Positions 20,595 through 30,427 of a DNA stretch of 64,000 bases are shown here, in pieces. Both the position numbers and the translations under genes were made by a program. The number at the start of each line of letters is the position of its first letter. Within the stretch, counting starts at the first letter, position 1. Below the pieces are notes generated by a model. That model was not told where the DNA came from, did no database searches, and worked only from the letters and a program-made list of their open reading frames with translations. Origin of the DNA: Rhodospirillales bacterium (GTDB lineage: Bacteria > Pseudomonadota > Alphaproteobacteria > SMXQ01); contig JABIXC010000007.1 in NCBI GenBank assembly GCA_018666775.1, forward strand, positions 96,845-160,844. The letters are read 5' to 3'.

Positions 20595-22868
20595 TCATGT
20601 GACCGGCACCCCATGATCACGGGCAAAGGCCCGCAGCTTGTCACGCAATGAATGGTCAGAACCCGTCATCAGGGTTTTCATGTAATTCTGCAAGGGACGA
20701 AGACGCAGTCCCCTGATCATGGTTTTGACCGGCCCCACGGCATTGGCATTCATGGAAATGGACCGAAACCCGAGCCCGATTAATGCCATGGCTTCAAGGG
20801 GTCGACCCGCCATTTCCCCACATAATGACAAAGGCACCTCTGCCTTGGTGGCGGCCCGAGACAGATCCTGCAACACATTAAGGATGGCCGGGGAAAGGGC
20901 ATCGTATCGTTCTGCGGTGCGCGGGTTGCCCCGATCTGTCGCAAACAGGAATTGCATCAAATCGTTGGACCCCACCGATAGAAAATCAACCCTTTCCATC
21001 AAGGCTGGCAGTTGCCAAAGCAACGATGGGACTTCAACCATGGCCCCAACCCGGAGTGTCTTTGGCAAAATGCCGCCCGCATTTTTTTCCCGGACAAGCT
21101 CCATATCCAGAACCTTGCGTGCCTGATCAAATTCAGCAACTTCGGCAATCATCGGAAACATAATCGAAAGGGACCTGCCATTGGCGGCACGAACCAGCGC
21201 GCGCACTTGCTGGCGCAACATGGCGGGACGGTCAAGGGCAATGCGGATGGCGCGCCAACCAAGGGCCGGGTTTTCACCAGATTCATGTTCGAAATAGGGT
21301 AATGCCTTGTCACCCCCAACATCGAGGGTACGAAACACCACGGCGCGGCCTTCTGCCTGATCCAGAATGTTCCGATACAACCCGGTCTGGGCTTCGACAT
21401 CAGGATATGCCGCACGGACCATAAATGGAATTTCCGTTCTAAACAGGCCAATGCCATCCGCCCCGGTCACATGAAGCTGGGGCACATCGAGCTCTAGGCC
21501 CGCATTGATATTAAGCGACACCCGAACCCCATCGAGGGTTTCAGCAGGCAGGTCCCGAATTTTGGTAAATGCCTGTCTGCGGGCGGCCCGCATCTTCAGG
21601 GTGTCAAAAAAACTGTTTTGCACGTCTTCGGAAGGCCGCACAAACACCTGGCGGTTATCCCCATCAACGATCACGGGGTCACCGGAATCAACCTTGGCAA
21701 ACAATTCCTTCACCTGCCCCATGACAGGAATATCCAGGGCACGGGCAACAATGGAAACATGGGACGATGAAGACCCATCTTCCATGATCAACGCCTTAAC
21801 TTTGGCAGTGTCATAATCAAGCAGTTCAGCAGGCCCCATGGCACGAGAAACCAGCACAACATTATCGGGCAGTTCTTCTTCGCCACTGCCCTGAACACCC
21901 CCGGTCAGCTGGACCAGAAGCCTGCGGGCAAGATCTTCAAGATCATCAAGGCGTTCGCGCAGATAGGCATCTTTGATCTGGCTCATGCGCATGCGGGTGT
22001 TTTCACGAATTTTCTGAACGGCGGCTTCGGCTGTCAGGCCTGAGCGAATGGCTTCCCGTGTCCGTTCAATCCACCCGGTATCCGCCGCAACCATCCGGTA
22101 GGCTTCCAAAACATCACGGTGTTCCCCGGTGGGTGCCAGATTTTGGGTATCGAAAATACGATCAAGATTCTGATGGACGGCGGTAACGGCATCTTCAAGA
22201 CGCACCAGTTCACGATCGGGGTCTTCGGCAACGACTTGGCGGATAACCACATCGGGGCGATGGATGACTGCCACGCCCATGGCCACACCCGCATTTAAGG
22301 GCACCCCATCAAGACGGATCGGCAAGGATGCATTGCCTTCCGATGGCGCACGTTCATGGGGATTAACCAACGCGCCGCCCGCCACAAGTTCCGCCAATGC
22401 CATGGCTGTGATTTGCATGGCCTCTACTTCTTCATCGGAATAATTCCGTTCATTCTGATTCTGAACCACCAACACCCCCGCCACCCGGGCAGAATGCAAA
22501 ATGGGCACCCCCATCAAGGAACGATAGGCATCTTCACCGGTTTCGGGGCGATACACAAAAGCGGGATGGGTTTGGGCATCAGACAGTGCCAAAGGCTGGG
22601 CATGGGCGGCAATTTCACCAACCAACCCTTCACCAACGCGAAGACGGGTTTGATGCACGGCGGCCACATTCAGGCCCTTGGTTGCGAACAGCTCCAGCAC
22701 TTCACCTGCACGCAGGATATAAACGGAACAGACCTCTGCCTCCATGCCATTGGCAATCAGGGTCACAATTTTATTTAGTTTTTTCTGAGCAACGGCCTCT
22801 CCGGCCATAACGTCCCTGATCCGCCCCAGAAGCCTGCGGGGCCCCGTTGCGGTCGAGACAGTCTGCAT
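20595..22868 (-). CDS. ptsP: Phosphoenolpyruvate-protein phosphotransferase EI-Ntr
   Basis: N-terminal GAF domain, phospho-His SSHVSIVAR, GIGLFRTE, RTLDVGGDK and GSNDL. Confidence 0.96.
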   Translation of the reverse strand: MQTVSTATGPRRLLGRIRDVMAGEAVAQKKLNKIVTLIANGMEAEVCSVYILRAGEVLELFATKGLNVAAVHQTRLRVGEGLVGEIAAHAQPLALSDAQTHPAFVYRPETGEDAYRSLMGVPILHSARVAGVLVVQNQNERNYSDEEVEAMQITAMALAELVAGGALVNPHERAPSEGNASLPIRLDGVPLNAGVAMGVAVIHRPDVVIRQVVAEDPDRELVRLEDAVTAVHQNLDRIFDTQNLAPTGEHRDVLEAYRMVAADTGWIERTREAIRSGLTAEAAVQKIRENTRMRMSQIKDAYLRERLDDLEDLARRLLVQLTGGVQGSGEEELPDNVVLVSRAMGPAELLDYDTAKVKALIMEDGSSSSHVSIVARALDIPVMGQVKELFAKVDSGDPVIVDGDNRQVFVRPSEDVQNSFFDTLKMRAARRQAFTKIRDLPAETLDGVRVSLNINAGLELDVPQLHVTGADGIGLFRTEIPFMVRAAYPDVEAQTGLYRNILDQAEGRAVVFRTLDVGGDKALPYFEHESGENPALGWRAIRIALDRPAMLRQQVRALVRAANGRSLSIMFPMIAEVAEFDQARKVLDMELVREKNAGGILPKTLRVGAMVEVPSLLWQLPALMERVDFLSVGSNDLMQFLFATDRGNPRTAERYDALSPAILNVLQDLSRAATKAEVPLSLCGEMAGRPLEAMALIGLGFRSISMNANAVGPVKTMIRGLRLRPLQNYMKTLMTGSDHSLRDKLRAFARDHGVPVT

Positions 22869-23917
22869 TATCCTGAAGCCTCTCGGCGAAGACGGGCCAT
22901 CAGCACGTCATAGGCCTGATGCACCAGTTCTTCAATGATGTCAGAACAGGGCTGTTCTTGGGTGACCATGCCAACCGATTGGCCGGCCATCAGCGAGCCA
23001 TTTTCCACGTCACCATCGATCACGGCACGCCTGAGCGCGCCAGCCCAAAACTGCTCGATCTCAAGCTGGGCTGCTTTCTGATCCATCTTGCCATCCCTGA
23101 AATCTGCAATCACTTCCCTTTGCCGTTCCATAAAGGCATCAGTTGCCTTGTTGGTGAGTGCGCGCACCGGGATCACCGGGAATTTCGGGTCAAGCTGGAC
23201 CGAGAGCACCGCATCACGCGCCGGAGCACGGATAAAGGCCTTTTTAAAATTTTCATGGGCAATGGATTCATTGGCGCACACAAACCGGGTGCCGATTTGC
23301 ACCCCGGATGCCCCCATTTCAAGATGAGAAACAATGGCCTCACCCCGGCCGATGCCACCGGCCACAAAAATTGGAACTTGCGTAATCGTCGGCAGAATTT
23401 CCTGAACCAGAACCGATGTTGTAACCGGGCCAATATGGCCACCCGCTTCCATGCCTTCGATCACAATGGCATCAACCCCAAGACGCACCAGCCTTTTGGC
23501 AATGACCACGGCAGGGGCAAAGCAGATAACCTTAATGCCTGCATCTTTCAGCCGCGCAATCCCTTTGGAGGGTGGCAAGCCACCGGCCAGCACCACATGG
23601 CTGATGTTGGCTGCAATACATTGATCAATCAACGCATCAAGTTCTGGATGCATGGTAATCAGATTAACCCCGAATGGCTTATCGGTAAGGCTTTTGGTCC
23701 CCTCAATCTCTGCGGCCAGCAGGTCTGGGGGCATGGCACCACAGGCGATCACACCAAAGCCACCGCCATTGGAAATGGCAGCCACCAAATTGCGCTCCGA
23801 TACCCAGCTCATGGCACCGCCCATAATGGCATACCGGGTCCCGAGAAAATCGCTGCCCCGGTGCCAAAGCGCCTTCAGTTCTGCTTCGGCCTGCGACTGA
23901 TCCATTGCGCCATCCAT
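22868..23917 (-). CDS. Nitronate monooxygenase / FabK-like flavin oxidoreductase
   Basis: PFGVNL, EGMEAGGHIG, AGGIG, GVQIGTRF and GSLMAGQSVG. Confidence 0.88.
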   Translation of the reverse strand: MDGAMDQSQAEAELKALWHRGSDFLGTRYAIMGGAMSWVSERNLVAAISNGGGFGVIACGAMPPDLLAAEIEGTKSLTDKPFGVNLITMHPELDALIDQCIAANISHVVLAGGLPPSKGIARLKDAGIKVICFAPAVVIAKRLVRLGVDAIVIEGMEAGGHIGPVTTSVLVQEILPTITQVPIFVAGGIGRGEAIVSHLEMGASGVQIGTRFVCANESIAHENFKKAFIRAPARDAVLSVQLDPKFPVIPVRALTNKATDAFMERQREVIADFRDGKMDQKAAQLEIEQFWAGALRRAVIDGDVENGSLMAGQSVGMVTQEQPCSDIIEELVHQAYDVLMARLRREASG

Positions 23918-23920
23918 CGT

Positions 23921-25165
23921 TTAGTCCTGATCCAGATTATAGGCAGTATGCAGGGATCGCACGGCCAATTCCGTATATTCTTCGGCCACCAAAATGGAAA
24001 TTTTGATCTCTGATGTTGAAATAACCTGAATGTTGATGCCCTTTTCCGCCATGATCTGAAACATTTTCTGGGCAACGCCTGCATGGGAGCGCATGCCAAC
24101 ACCGATCACCGAAATTTTGACAACATTGGGATCCGGCACCAATGCGCCATAGCCCAGATCATCCTTTTTGCTTTCCAGCACAGCGATGGCGGCATCAATG
24201 TCGCCTTGGGCAACGGTGAAGGTCAGGTCCGTGGCATTGCCGTCTTCGGACACATTTTGCACAATCATATCCACGTTCACTTCGGCATCGGCCAAGGGAC
24301 CGAAAATCGACGCCGCGACGCCGGGCCTGTCAGGCACCTGAACAAGGGTGACTTTCGCCTCGTCCCGCGAATAGGTAATTCCACTGACCAGTTCTTGTTC
24401 CAGCATATCTTCCTCATCAACGACCAGTGTGCCGGGCGCATCGCTAAAGCTCGATAACACCTGCAAACACACATTATGTTTCATCGCCAGTTCCACAGAA
24501 CGCGTGTGCAGAACCTTGGCACCCAGAGACGCCATTTCCAACATCTCTTCATACGTAATTTTATCTAACTTACGCGCTTTTGGCACAATTCTGGGATCGG
24601 TGGTGTAAACCCCGTCCACATCGGTGAAGATATCACATCGATCTGCCCCAAGGGCCGCTGCCAATGCCACAGCCGTGATATCTGAACCACCCCGTCCAAG
24701 GGTGGCAATCCGGCCATCATCATCAATGCCCTGAAACCCAGCAACCACCTGCACTTCGCACGCATCAAGGCCAGAGACCAGTTTTTCAGTTTCAATCGCC
24801 GTAATCCGCGCACGCGAATGCAAGCCTTCGGTATGAACCGGCAATTGCCAGCCCAACCATGAACGCGCCTTGATTCCACGCCCTTGCAGCACACAGGCCA
24901 AAAGGCCAGAGGTCACCTGTTCACCGGTAGAAACCACAGAATCATATTCACAATCATATTCGCAATCATGGCCGGCATCGATATTACCATTGGCGGCTTC
25001 GCGAACCCATTCAACCAATTGATTGGTCACCCCGGCCATGGCGGACACCACCACCGTGACCTTGTGGCCATCCTTGACCGCGCTTTCCACACGATCAGCC
25101 ACAGACCGGATACGATCCATATCGGCCACCGACGTGCCGCCAAATTTTTGTACGATCACTGACAT
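23921..25165 (-). CDS. lysC: Aspartate kinase
   Basis: [34 protein letters not shown] and two ACT domains. Confidence 0.97.
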   Translation of the reverse strand: MSVIVQKFGGTSVADMDRIRSVADRVESAVKDGHKVTVVVSAMAGVTNQLVEWVREAANGNIDAGHDCEYDCEYDSVVSTGEQVTSGLLACVLQGRGIKARSWLGWQLPVHTEGLHSRARITAIETEKLVSGLDACEVQVVAGFQGIDDDGRIATLGRGGSDITAVALAAALGADRCDIFTDVDGVYTTDPRIVPKARKLDKITYEEMLEMASLGAKVLHTRSVELAMKHNVCLQVLSSFSDAPGTLVVDEEDMLEQELVSGITYSRDEAKVTLVQVPDRPGVAASIFGPLADAEVNVDMIVQNVSEDGNATDLTFTVAQGDIDAAIAVLESKKDDLGYGALVPDPNVVKISVIGVGMRSHAGVAQKMFQIMAEKGINIQVISTSEIKISILVAEEYTELAVRSLHTAYNLDQD

Positions 25166-25296
25166 AACTCTTTATTCCGCTAAGTCTATTTTCCACAAAC
25201 AACGGACCCATAATGGGCATTTATTCGTTGTAAACGCTGGGAGCCTTACAGAACCCCGAAACCATTTTCGGGCCTATCAGGGCCTTGAATGACAGC

Positions 25297-25325
25297 TTGC
25301 CGCCGCGAAGGCGCCAATTCATACT
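25297..25325 (+). promoter_or_regulatory. Putative sigma70 promoter of ubiG
   Basis: TTGCCG-N17-CATACT about 55 nt upstream of the likely start. Confidence 0.4.
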
Positions 25326-25380
25326 CTGGAACGCCTATACAGGCAAGACCTGCAACGGAAAACCACAATATCCCATTGAA

Positions 25381-26163
25381 ATGACAGCATCATCTGACAA
25401 TCAAGCCCCACAAGGCAAAAATGGCAATCAGGGCTCTTTGGACCCTGAGGATGTTGCCCGTTTTGAAGCCTTGGCCGATGAATGGTGGGACCCCGATGGG
25501 CCTTTCAGGCCGTTGCACCTGTTTAACCCGGTTCGCATCGGGTTTATCCGCGATCAAATCTGTGGCCATTTCGGGCGCGATCCCAAAACGAAATTGCCCC
25601 TAGATGGGCTGAACATACTGGATATTGGCTGTGGTGGCGGGCTGGTTGCAGAACCCATGGCACGGTTGGGCGCAACCGTTACCGGCATTGATCCATCGCC
25701 TAAAAACACCGCCACGGCCCAAACCCATGGCACATCCATGGGGCTCAACATTACCTATAAAGCACAAACGGCTGAACAGACCGCATCAGATGACGTACGG
25801 TTTGACGTGGTTTTAATGCTGGAAGTTCTGGAACATGTCGCCGATATGGATGTTTTTATGGATGGGGCCACTAAATTGGTTGCCCCCAAGGGGTTGTTGA
25901 TCGCTGCTACGATCAATCGCACCTCAAAGGCATACGCGCTGGCTATCGTTGGGGCCGAATATATTCTGGGATGGGTACCGCGCGGCACCCATGACTGGAA
26001 CCGGTTTATCAAGCCCGAAGAATTGACAGAAAATCTTGCCCGGCGCGACTTTCAAATCAAGGCCTTATCGGGCCTCACCTATGGCCCAATTCATAGGCGC
26101 TGGAAAACATCCAATGATCAAAGCGTTAATTATATTCTGAGCGCGACGGCATCAAGCGGGTAG
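25381..26163 (+). CDS. ubiG: Ubiquinone biosynthesis O-methyltransferase
   Basis: WWDPDGPFRPLH, LDIGCGGGL, EVLEHV and PRGTHDW; divergent from lysC. Confidence 0.95.
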   Translation: MTASSDNQAPQGKNGNQGSLDPEDVARFEALADEWWDPDGPFRPLHLFNPVRIGFIRDQICGHFGRDPKTKLPLDGLNILDIGCGGGLVAEPMARLGATVTGIDPSPKNTATAQTHGTSMGLNITYKAQTAEQTASDDVRFDVVLMLEVLEHVADMDVFMDGATKLVAPKGLLIAATINRTSKAYALAIVGAEYILGWVPRGTHDWNRFIKPEELTENLARRDFQIKALSGLTYGPIHRRWKTSNDQSVNYILSATASSG

Positions 26164-26709
26164 CAAAACCGCTTTTAATTCTGCCATCATTTCCTGATTG
26201 GCCCCCATGGATTGCCATTGGGTGACTTCCAGGGTGCGCTCGATCAAGGCGATTTGGCGCTTGAAGTTGTTTTCAAGCTGGGGCTCTTCCACCTCGTTCA
26301 TAAACCAGATCAGGTTCATCACCCCGTCGCGGATATCAGCTTGGGGCTGATGGGCGGAATAAATGGTCGGACGATCGACCAACAAATGAATATCGCCCGA
26401 ATAGGGGATGGCGATGGTGATGGCTTTATGCTTTGCCCGATCTTCTTCGGGCGCTTTGATGGCATCGCATTCTTCGATCGTCAAAGGGCGTTCATCAACA
26501 AAAGCCGCCTTATCCACATGCATGGACGTATCGGGTATGGCAAAGCGGTCATAGATGGCGCGCACCTGATCCGCTGGGTCCAAACTTGAAAATTCTTCAT
26601 CCTTGCCGTCTTTGGCACGCGCCGCCACATCAAGGGCCGCGCGCTTTTGGGCCTTGAGATAGATATCCAGTTCTTCACCTGAAAACAGATAGGCCCCAAC
26701 AACATACAT
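26152..26709 (-). CDS. Hypothetical protein, 185 aa
   Basis: Protein-like composition, 8 nt downstream of DUF1178 on the same strand; no confident family. Confidence 0.75.
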   Translation of the reverse strand: MYVVGAYLFSGEELDIYLKAQKRAALDVAARAKDGKDEEFSSLDPADQVRAIYDRFAIPDTSMHVDKAAFVDERPLTIEECDAIKAPEEDRAKHKAITIAIPYSGDIHLLVDRPTIYSAHQPQADIRDGVMNLIWFMNEVEEPQLENNFKRQIALIERTLEVTQWQSMGANQEMMAELKAVLLPA

Positions 26710-26717
26710 CCGGTGCT

Positions 26718-27242
26718 TTAAGCGTCCTCGCGCGGGGGTTTGGGAACCGTGGCAAAGGGCACACCTTCATCGGCCAGTTCTTCGGCCTCATCTTCTGTGG
26801 CTTCACCATAGATGCCGCGTTCTTCGGCATCGCCATAATGAATTTTGCGGGCTTCCTCAGCAAAATCTTTGCCAACATCATCGCAGGTCTCTTTGACATG
26901 ACGATGCAGCTCATTCAAGGCAGACATGATGTCTTGTTCTGCTTTGCCAGTCGGCACGGCTGGTTCGCCAGAAGCATCATTATCGCCACCATTCACGGCA
27001 CCACTGTCAGCACCATTCGCAGCACCAATTCCAGAATCTTCTAAATTTCTGGCTGCGGTTTCAGAATCCTTACCGATGCCCGTGCCAATACGAGGCGCTG
27101 CGGGCACCTTTTCAACCTTGGTTTCACCACAGACCGGGCAACCAATTTTATGGCCCTTTTGCTGAGAGACAAAGGCCTTGGAATCCTTGAACCAAGCCTC
27201 AAAATCATGGCCGGCGCTGCAATTGAGATTATAAACAATCAT
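26718..27242 (-). CDS. DUF1178 family protein
   Basis: MIVYNLNCSAGHDFEAWF, CPVCG and FAEEARKIHYG...RGIYGEAT. Confidence 0.9.
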   Translation of the reverse strand: MIVYNLNCSAGHDFEAWFKDSKAFVSQQKGHKIGCPVCGETKVEKVPAAPRIGTGIGKDSETAARNLEDSGIGAANGADSGAVNGGDNDASGEPAVPTGKAEQDIMSALNELHRHVKETCDDVGKDFAEEARKIHYGDAEERGIYGEATEDEAEELADEGVPFATVPKPPREDA

Positions 27243-27291
27243 GAAAACCTCTGGAACGTGTTGTCCCTTTATACACCAATTTACACATTAG

Positions 27292-27319
27292 ATATGGCTT
27301 CAACGCGCCTAGATTCAAC
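27292..27319 (-). promoter_or_regulatory. Putative RpoH-like promoter of the DUF1178 gene
   Basis: Minus strand GTTG-N17-GCCATAT, the same architecture as the clpB promoter. Confidence 0.45.
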
Positions 27320-27323
27320 CCCC

Positions 27324-27421
27324 TTTAATACATTTATTTAGTGTTTAATAATATTATATACATTTATATTAATGTATAATATAATTATACTACTGTTTAG
27401 TAATGTTATATTGGTTTTAAA
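27324..27421. promoter_or_regulatory. Extremely AT-rich region upstream of cysH with a palindrome
   Basis: 12 G/C in 98 nt. TATACATT-N6-AATGTATA at 27357-27378; ATACATTTA repeated at 27328 and 27358. Confidence 0.55.
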
Positions 27422-28147
27422 ATGCCCCAAACCCACGCCATATCCCACACCAAAGCCGCGCGGGCGCTAATGATTGATGCCATTCGGGATCATGGGCCTG
27501 TCACCCTTGCGTCTTCCATGGGGGCCGAAGACATGGTTTTGGTCGATCTGATCGCGACCAATGATCTGGGCATTGATGTGTTTGTGCTCGATACCGGGCG
27601 CCTGCACACAGAAACCCTGGCCTTGGTACAACAAGCCCGCGCGCGTTACGGGATTGATTTCAAAATGTATGTGCCCGACACAGAACAGTTGCAAACATAT
27701 CTGGCCAGTCATGGGCCGGATGGAATTTTTAACAGCATCGACACGCGCAAAACCTGCTGCGCCATCCGAAAAGTAGAACCCCTTGGCCGCGCCCTTAAGG
27801 GATATGGCGCCTGGATCACCGGCATGCGTCGGGATCAATCAGTTACACGTTTGGGCGTCCCCGACAGTGAATGGGATGAACCCAACGGGTTACACAAATA
27901 CAACCCACTGGCCAATTGGTCATCCGAAGACGTCTGGGCCTATATCGACCAGCACAAGGTTCCCCATAACCCCTTGCACAAACAAGGCTACCCCTCCATC
28001 GGGTGCGCCCCGTGTACCCGGGCCATCAACGAGGGCGAAGATGACCGCGCGGGCCGGTGGTGGTGGGAAAACCCCGACACAAAGGAATGTGGTTTGCACC
28101 CCGCATCAGAAAATCCCGCACCGACAAAATCTGAGGTGTCGTCATGA
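27422..28147 (+). CDS. cysH: Adenylylsulfate (APS) reductase, thioredoxin-dependent, Fe-S type
   Basis: LDTG, CC pair (KTCCAIRK), SIGCAPCT, RAGRWWWE and ECGLH. Confidence 0.92.
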   Translation: MPQTHAISHTKAARALMIDAIRDHGPVTLASSMGAEDMVLVDLIATNDLGIDVFVLDTGRLHTETLALVQQARARYGIDFKMYVPDTEQLQTYLASHGPDGIFNSIDTRKTCCAIRKVEPLGRALKGYGAWITGMRRDQSVTRLGVPDSEWDEPNGLHKYNPLANWSSEDVWAYIDQHKVPHNPLHKQGYPSIGCAPCTRAINEGEDDRAGRWWWENPDTKECGLHPASENPAPTKSEVSS

Positions 28148-29100
28148 ATGTCGCAATTAAAGAAAGAACAGAAGAAACAAAAATGAAACCCGAATTTTCA
28201 ATGACCCCGCCGGGGCATCTAGACACCCTTGAAAGCACAGCGATTTATATCCTGCGCGAAGTTCGGGCCCAGTTCGAACGCCCTGCCCTGTTGTTTTCAG
28301 GCGGAAAGGATTCCGCGCTGGTGCTCGCCCTTGCGGTCAAGGCCTTTGCGCCGGGGCCCATGCCGTTCACCTTGCTGCACATCGACACCGGCCATAATTA
28401 TCCAGAGGTGCTCACCTTTCGCGACCAAGCAGCAAAGCAGGCCGGGGCCAAACTGGAAGTGCGTTCCGTTGAAGACAGCATTGCCCAAGGACGCGTGGTG
28501 CTGACCCATGAAGGCGAAAGCCGAAACCCGCACCAAAGTGTCACACTGCTGGATGCCATCGAAGAATTACGGCTCGATGCGTGTATTGGTGGGGCCAGAC
28601 GGGATGAAGAAAAAGCCCGGGCCAAGGAACGCGTCTTTTCCTTTCGCGATTCCTTTGGCGGTTGGGACCCAAGACGCCAGCGCCCGGAATTGTGGAGCCT
28701 GTACCAAGGCCGCGTTAATCCCGGTGAAAACATGCGCGTCTTTCCCATCAGTGACTGGACCGAAGCCGATGTCTGGCGCTATATCGCGCGGGAAAAAATC
28801 GACCTGCCGCCCCTGTATTACACCCATGAACGCGACGTTGTAGAACGCGGCGGCCAACTGGTCCCGGTTCACCCGTTGATCCCCAAAATTGATGGGGAAA
28901 CCAGTGAAAAACGCATGGTCCGGTTCCGCACCGTCGGCGACATCACCTGCACCTGCCCGGTGTTAAGCGATGCCACCACGCCCGAAGATATTTTGATCGA
29001 AACCCTCAACGCAGATATCTCTGAACGCGGGGCCACCCGGATGGATGATGCCGTTTCCGAAGCGGCCATGGAAAACCGCAAACAGGCGGGTTATTTCTAA
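28144..29100 (+). CDS. cysD: Sulfate adenylyltransferase subunit 2
   Basis: LFSGGKDS, IDTGHN, GGARRDEEKARAKER, RFRTVGD and terminal GYF. Confidence 0.96.
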   Translation: MNVAIKERTEETKMKPEFSMTPPGHLDTLESTAIYILREVRAQFERPALLFSGGKDSALVLALAVKAFAPGPMPFTLLHIDTGHNYPEVLTFRDQAAKQAGAKLEVRSVEDSIAQGRVVLTHEGESRNPHQSVTLLDAIEELRLDACIGGARRDEEKARAKERVFSFRDSFGGWDPRRQRPELWSLYQGRVNPGENMRVFPISDWTEADVWRYIAREKIDLPPLYYTHERDVVERGGQLVPVHPLIPKIDGETSEKRMVRFRTVGDITCTCPVLSDATTPEDILIETLNADISERGATRMDDAVSEAAMENRKQAGYF

Positions 29101-30410
29101 TGAACACACAGCCTATATCCGAAGATCAGCCCATCCCCGAAGATAGCCGCGACCTTTTACGGCTAACCACTGCGGGCAGTGTCGATGATGGCAAATCCAC
29201 CTTGATCGGGCGGCTGCTTGCAGATTCCGGCGCGCTGGCTGCCGACCAAATGGCCAGCCTTGCCGCAGCAGCGGTTTCTGAGGGAACAAGCGAAATTGAT
29301 CTGGCCCGCATCACCGATGGCCTGACCGCAGAGCGCGAACAAGGCATCACCATTGATGTTGCCTATCGCTATTTTTCAACGCCGAAACGCAGCTTTATTC
29401 TGGCCGATGTACCGGGCCACGAACAATACACCCGCAACATGGTCACCGGTGCATCCAACGCCGATGCCGCGCTCTTTTTGGTGGATGCCCAAAATGGCAT
29501 GACCCCCCAAACCCGACGCCATGTCTGCATTGCAGCCCTTTTGGGCATCGATCAAGTAGTCTTTGCCATCAACAAAATGGACCTGGTTGATTTTTCCGAA
29601 GCGGCCTACATCCAGGCAAAGGACGAAATGAAAGCGTTCTGCGAAGGCCTTAGCTTTGGCACCGTTCATTACGTGCCGGTTTCGGCAAAAAAGGGCGACA
29701 ACGTCGTTGCCACTTCGGCCAGTATGCCTTGGTACACCGACGGGCCATTGATCAACATTTTGGGAAACCTGTCTGCATCGGCCACCAGCTTTGATGGCCC
29801 CTTCCGCATGGCCGTGCAAATTGCCGCACGTCCAACCCACAACCCCGAAGACGGTGACCTCGCCTCTGCGCGCGGGCTGATGGGCCGCATTGCATCGGGC
29901 CGGGTCCGCGTTGGGGAACGGGTGCAAATTGCACCAGGCAATAGCGAAAGCACTGTCACCTCTATCACCACGCCTCAAGGCCCGGCGTCTCAGGCTGTTG
30001 CCGGACAATCGGTGACCATTACCTTGGCCGATCAAATCGATGTTGGCCGGGGCCACATGCTGGCCGCCATAGACAACCCGCCCAGGCAATCCCGCGAAGC
30101 CCGCGCCCTTTTATGCTGGCTGGATAACGTGCCCCAAGACCCGCGCACGCCCTATTTGGTGCGCATTGGCACAAAGACCCTGAATGCCCGGGTGGCAGCC
30201 CCTGATTTCAGAATTGACACCAACACCTTGGACCGGGTCACGGACAATGCGCCCTTGGCCGCCAACGATATCGGCGAAACCATAATCCGCCTGTCCGATG
30301 ACATTGCCTTTGATCCGTTTGATGCCAATCCGGCAACAGGGGCCTTTCTGGTCATTGATCCACGGACCAATGCCACGGTCGCCGCAGGCATGATTGAAAG
30401 CGCACTTTAG
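29100..30410 (+). CDS. cysN: Sulfate adenylyltransferase subunit 1 (GTPase, no CysC fusion)
   Basis: AGSVDDGKSTLIGRL, EREQGITIDVAYRYF, PGHEQYTRNM and NKMD. Confidence 0.95.
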   Translation: MNTQPISEDQPIPEDSRDLLRLTTAGSVDDGKSTLIGRLLADSGALAADQMASLAAAAVSEGTSEIDLARITDGLTAEREQGITIDVAYRYFSTPKRSFILADVPGHEQYTRNMVTGASNADAALFLVDAQNGMTPQTRRHVCIAALLGIDQVVFAINKMDLVDFSEAAYIQAKDEMKAFCEGLSFGTVHYVPVSAKKGDNVVATSASMPWYTDGPLINILGNLSASATSFDGPFRMAVQIAARPTHNPEDGDLASARGLMGRIASGRVRVGERVQIAPGNSESTVTSITTPQGPASQAVAGQSVTITLADQIDVGRGHMLAAIDNPPRQSREARALLCWLDNVPQDPRTPYLVRIGTKTLNARVAAPDFRIDTNTLDRVTDNAPLAANDIGETIIRLSDDIAFDPFDANPATGAFLVIDPRTNATVAAGMIESAL

Positions 30411-30427
30411 AATTCACACAGAGAAAA

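Noticed and set aside
22919..24013. 364-aa plus-strand ORF
   Set aside because: Antisense shadow of the nitronate monooxygenase-like gene, with no recognisable motifs.
27324..27421. AT-rich tract as a dif site or replication origin
   Set aside because: No convincing XerD arm (TTATGTTAAAT-like) at the correct spacing, and no DnaA boxes seen.
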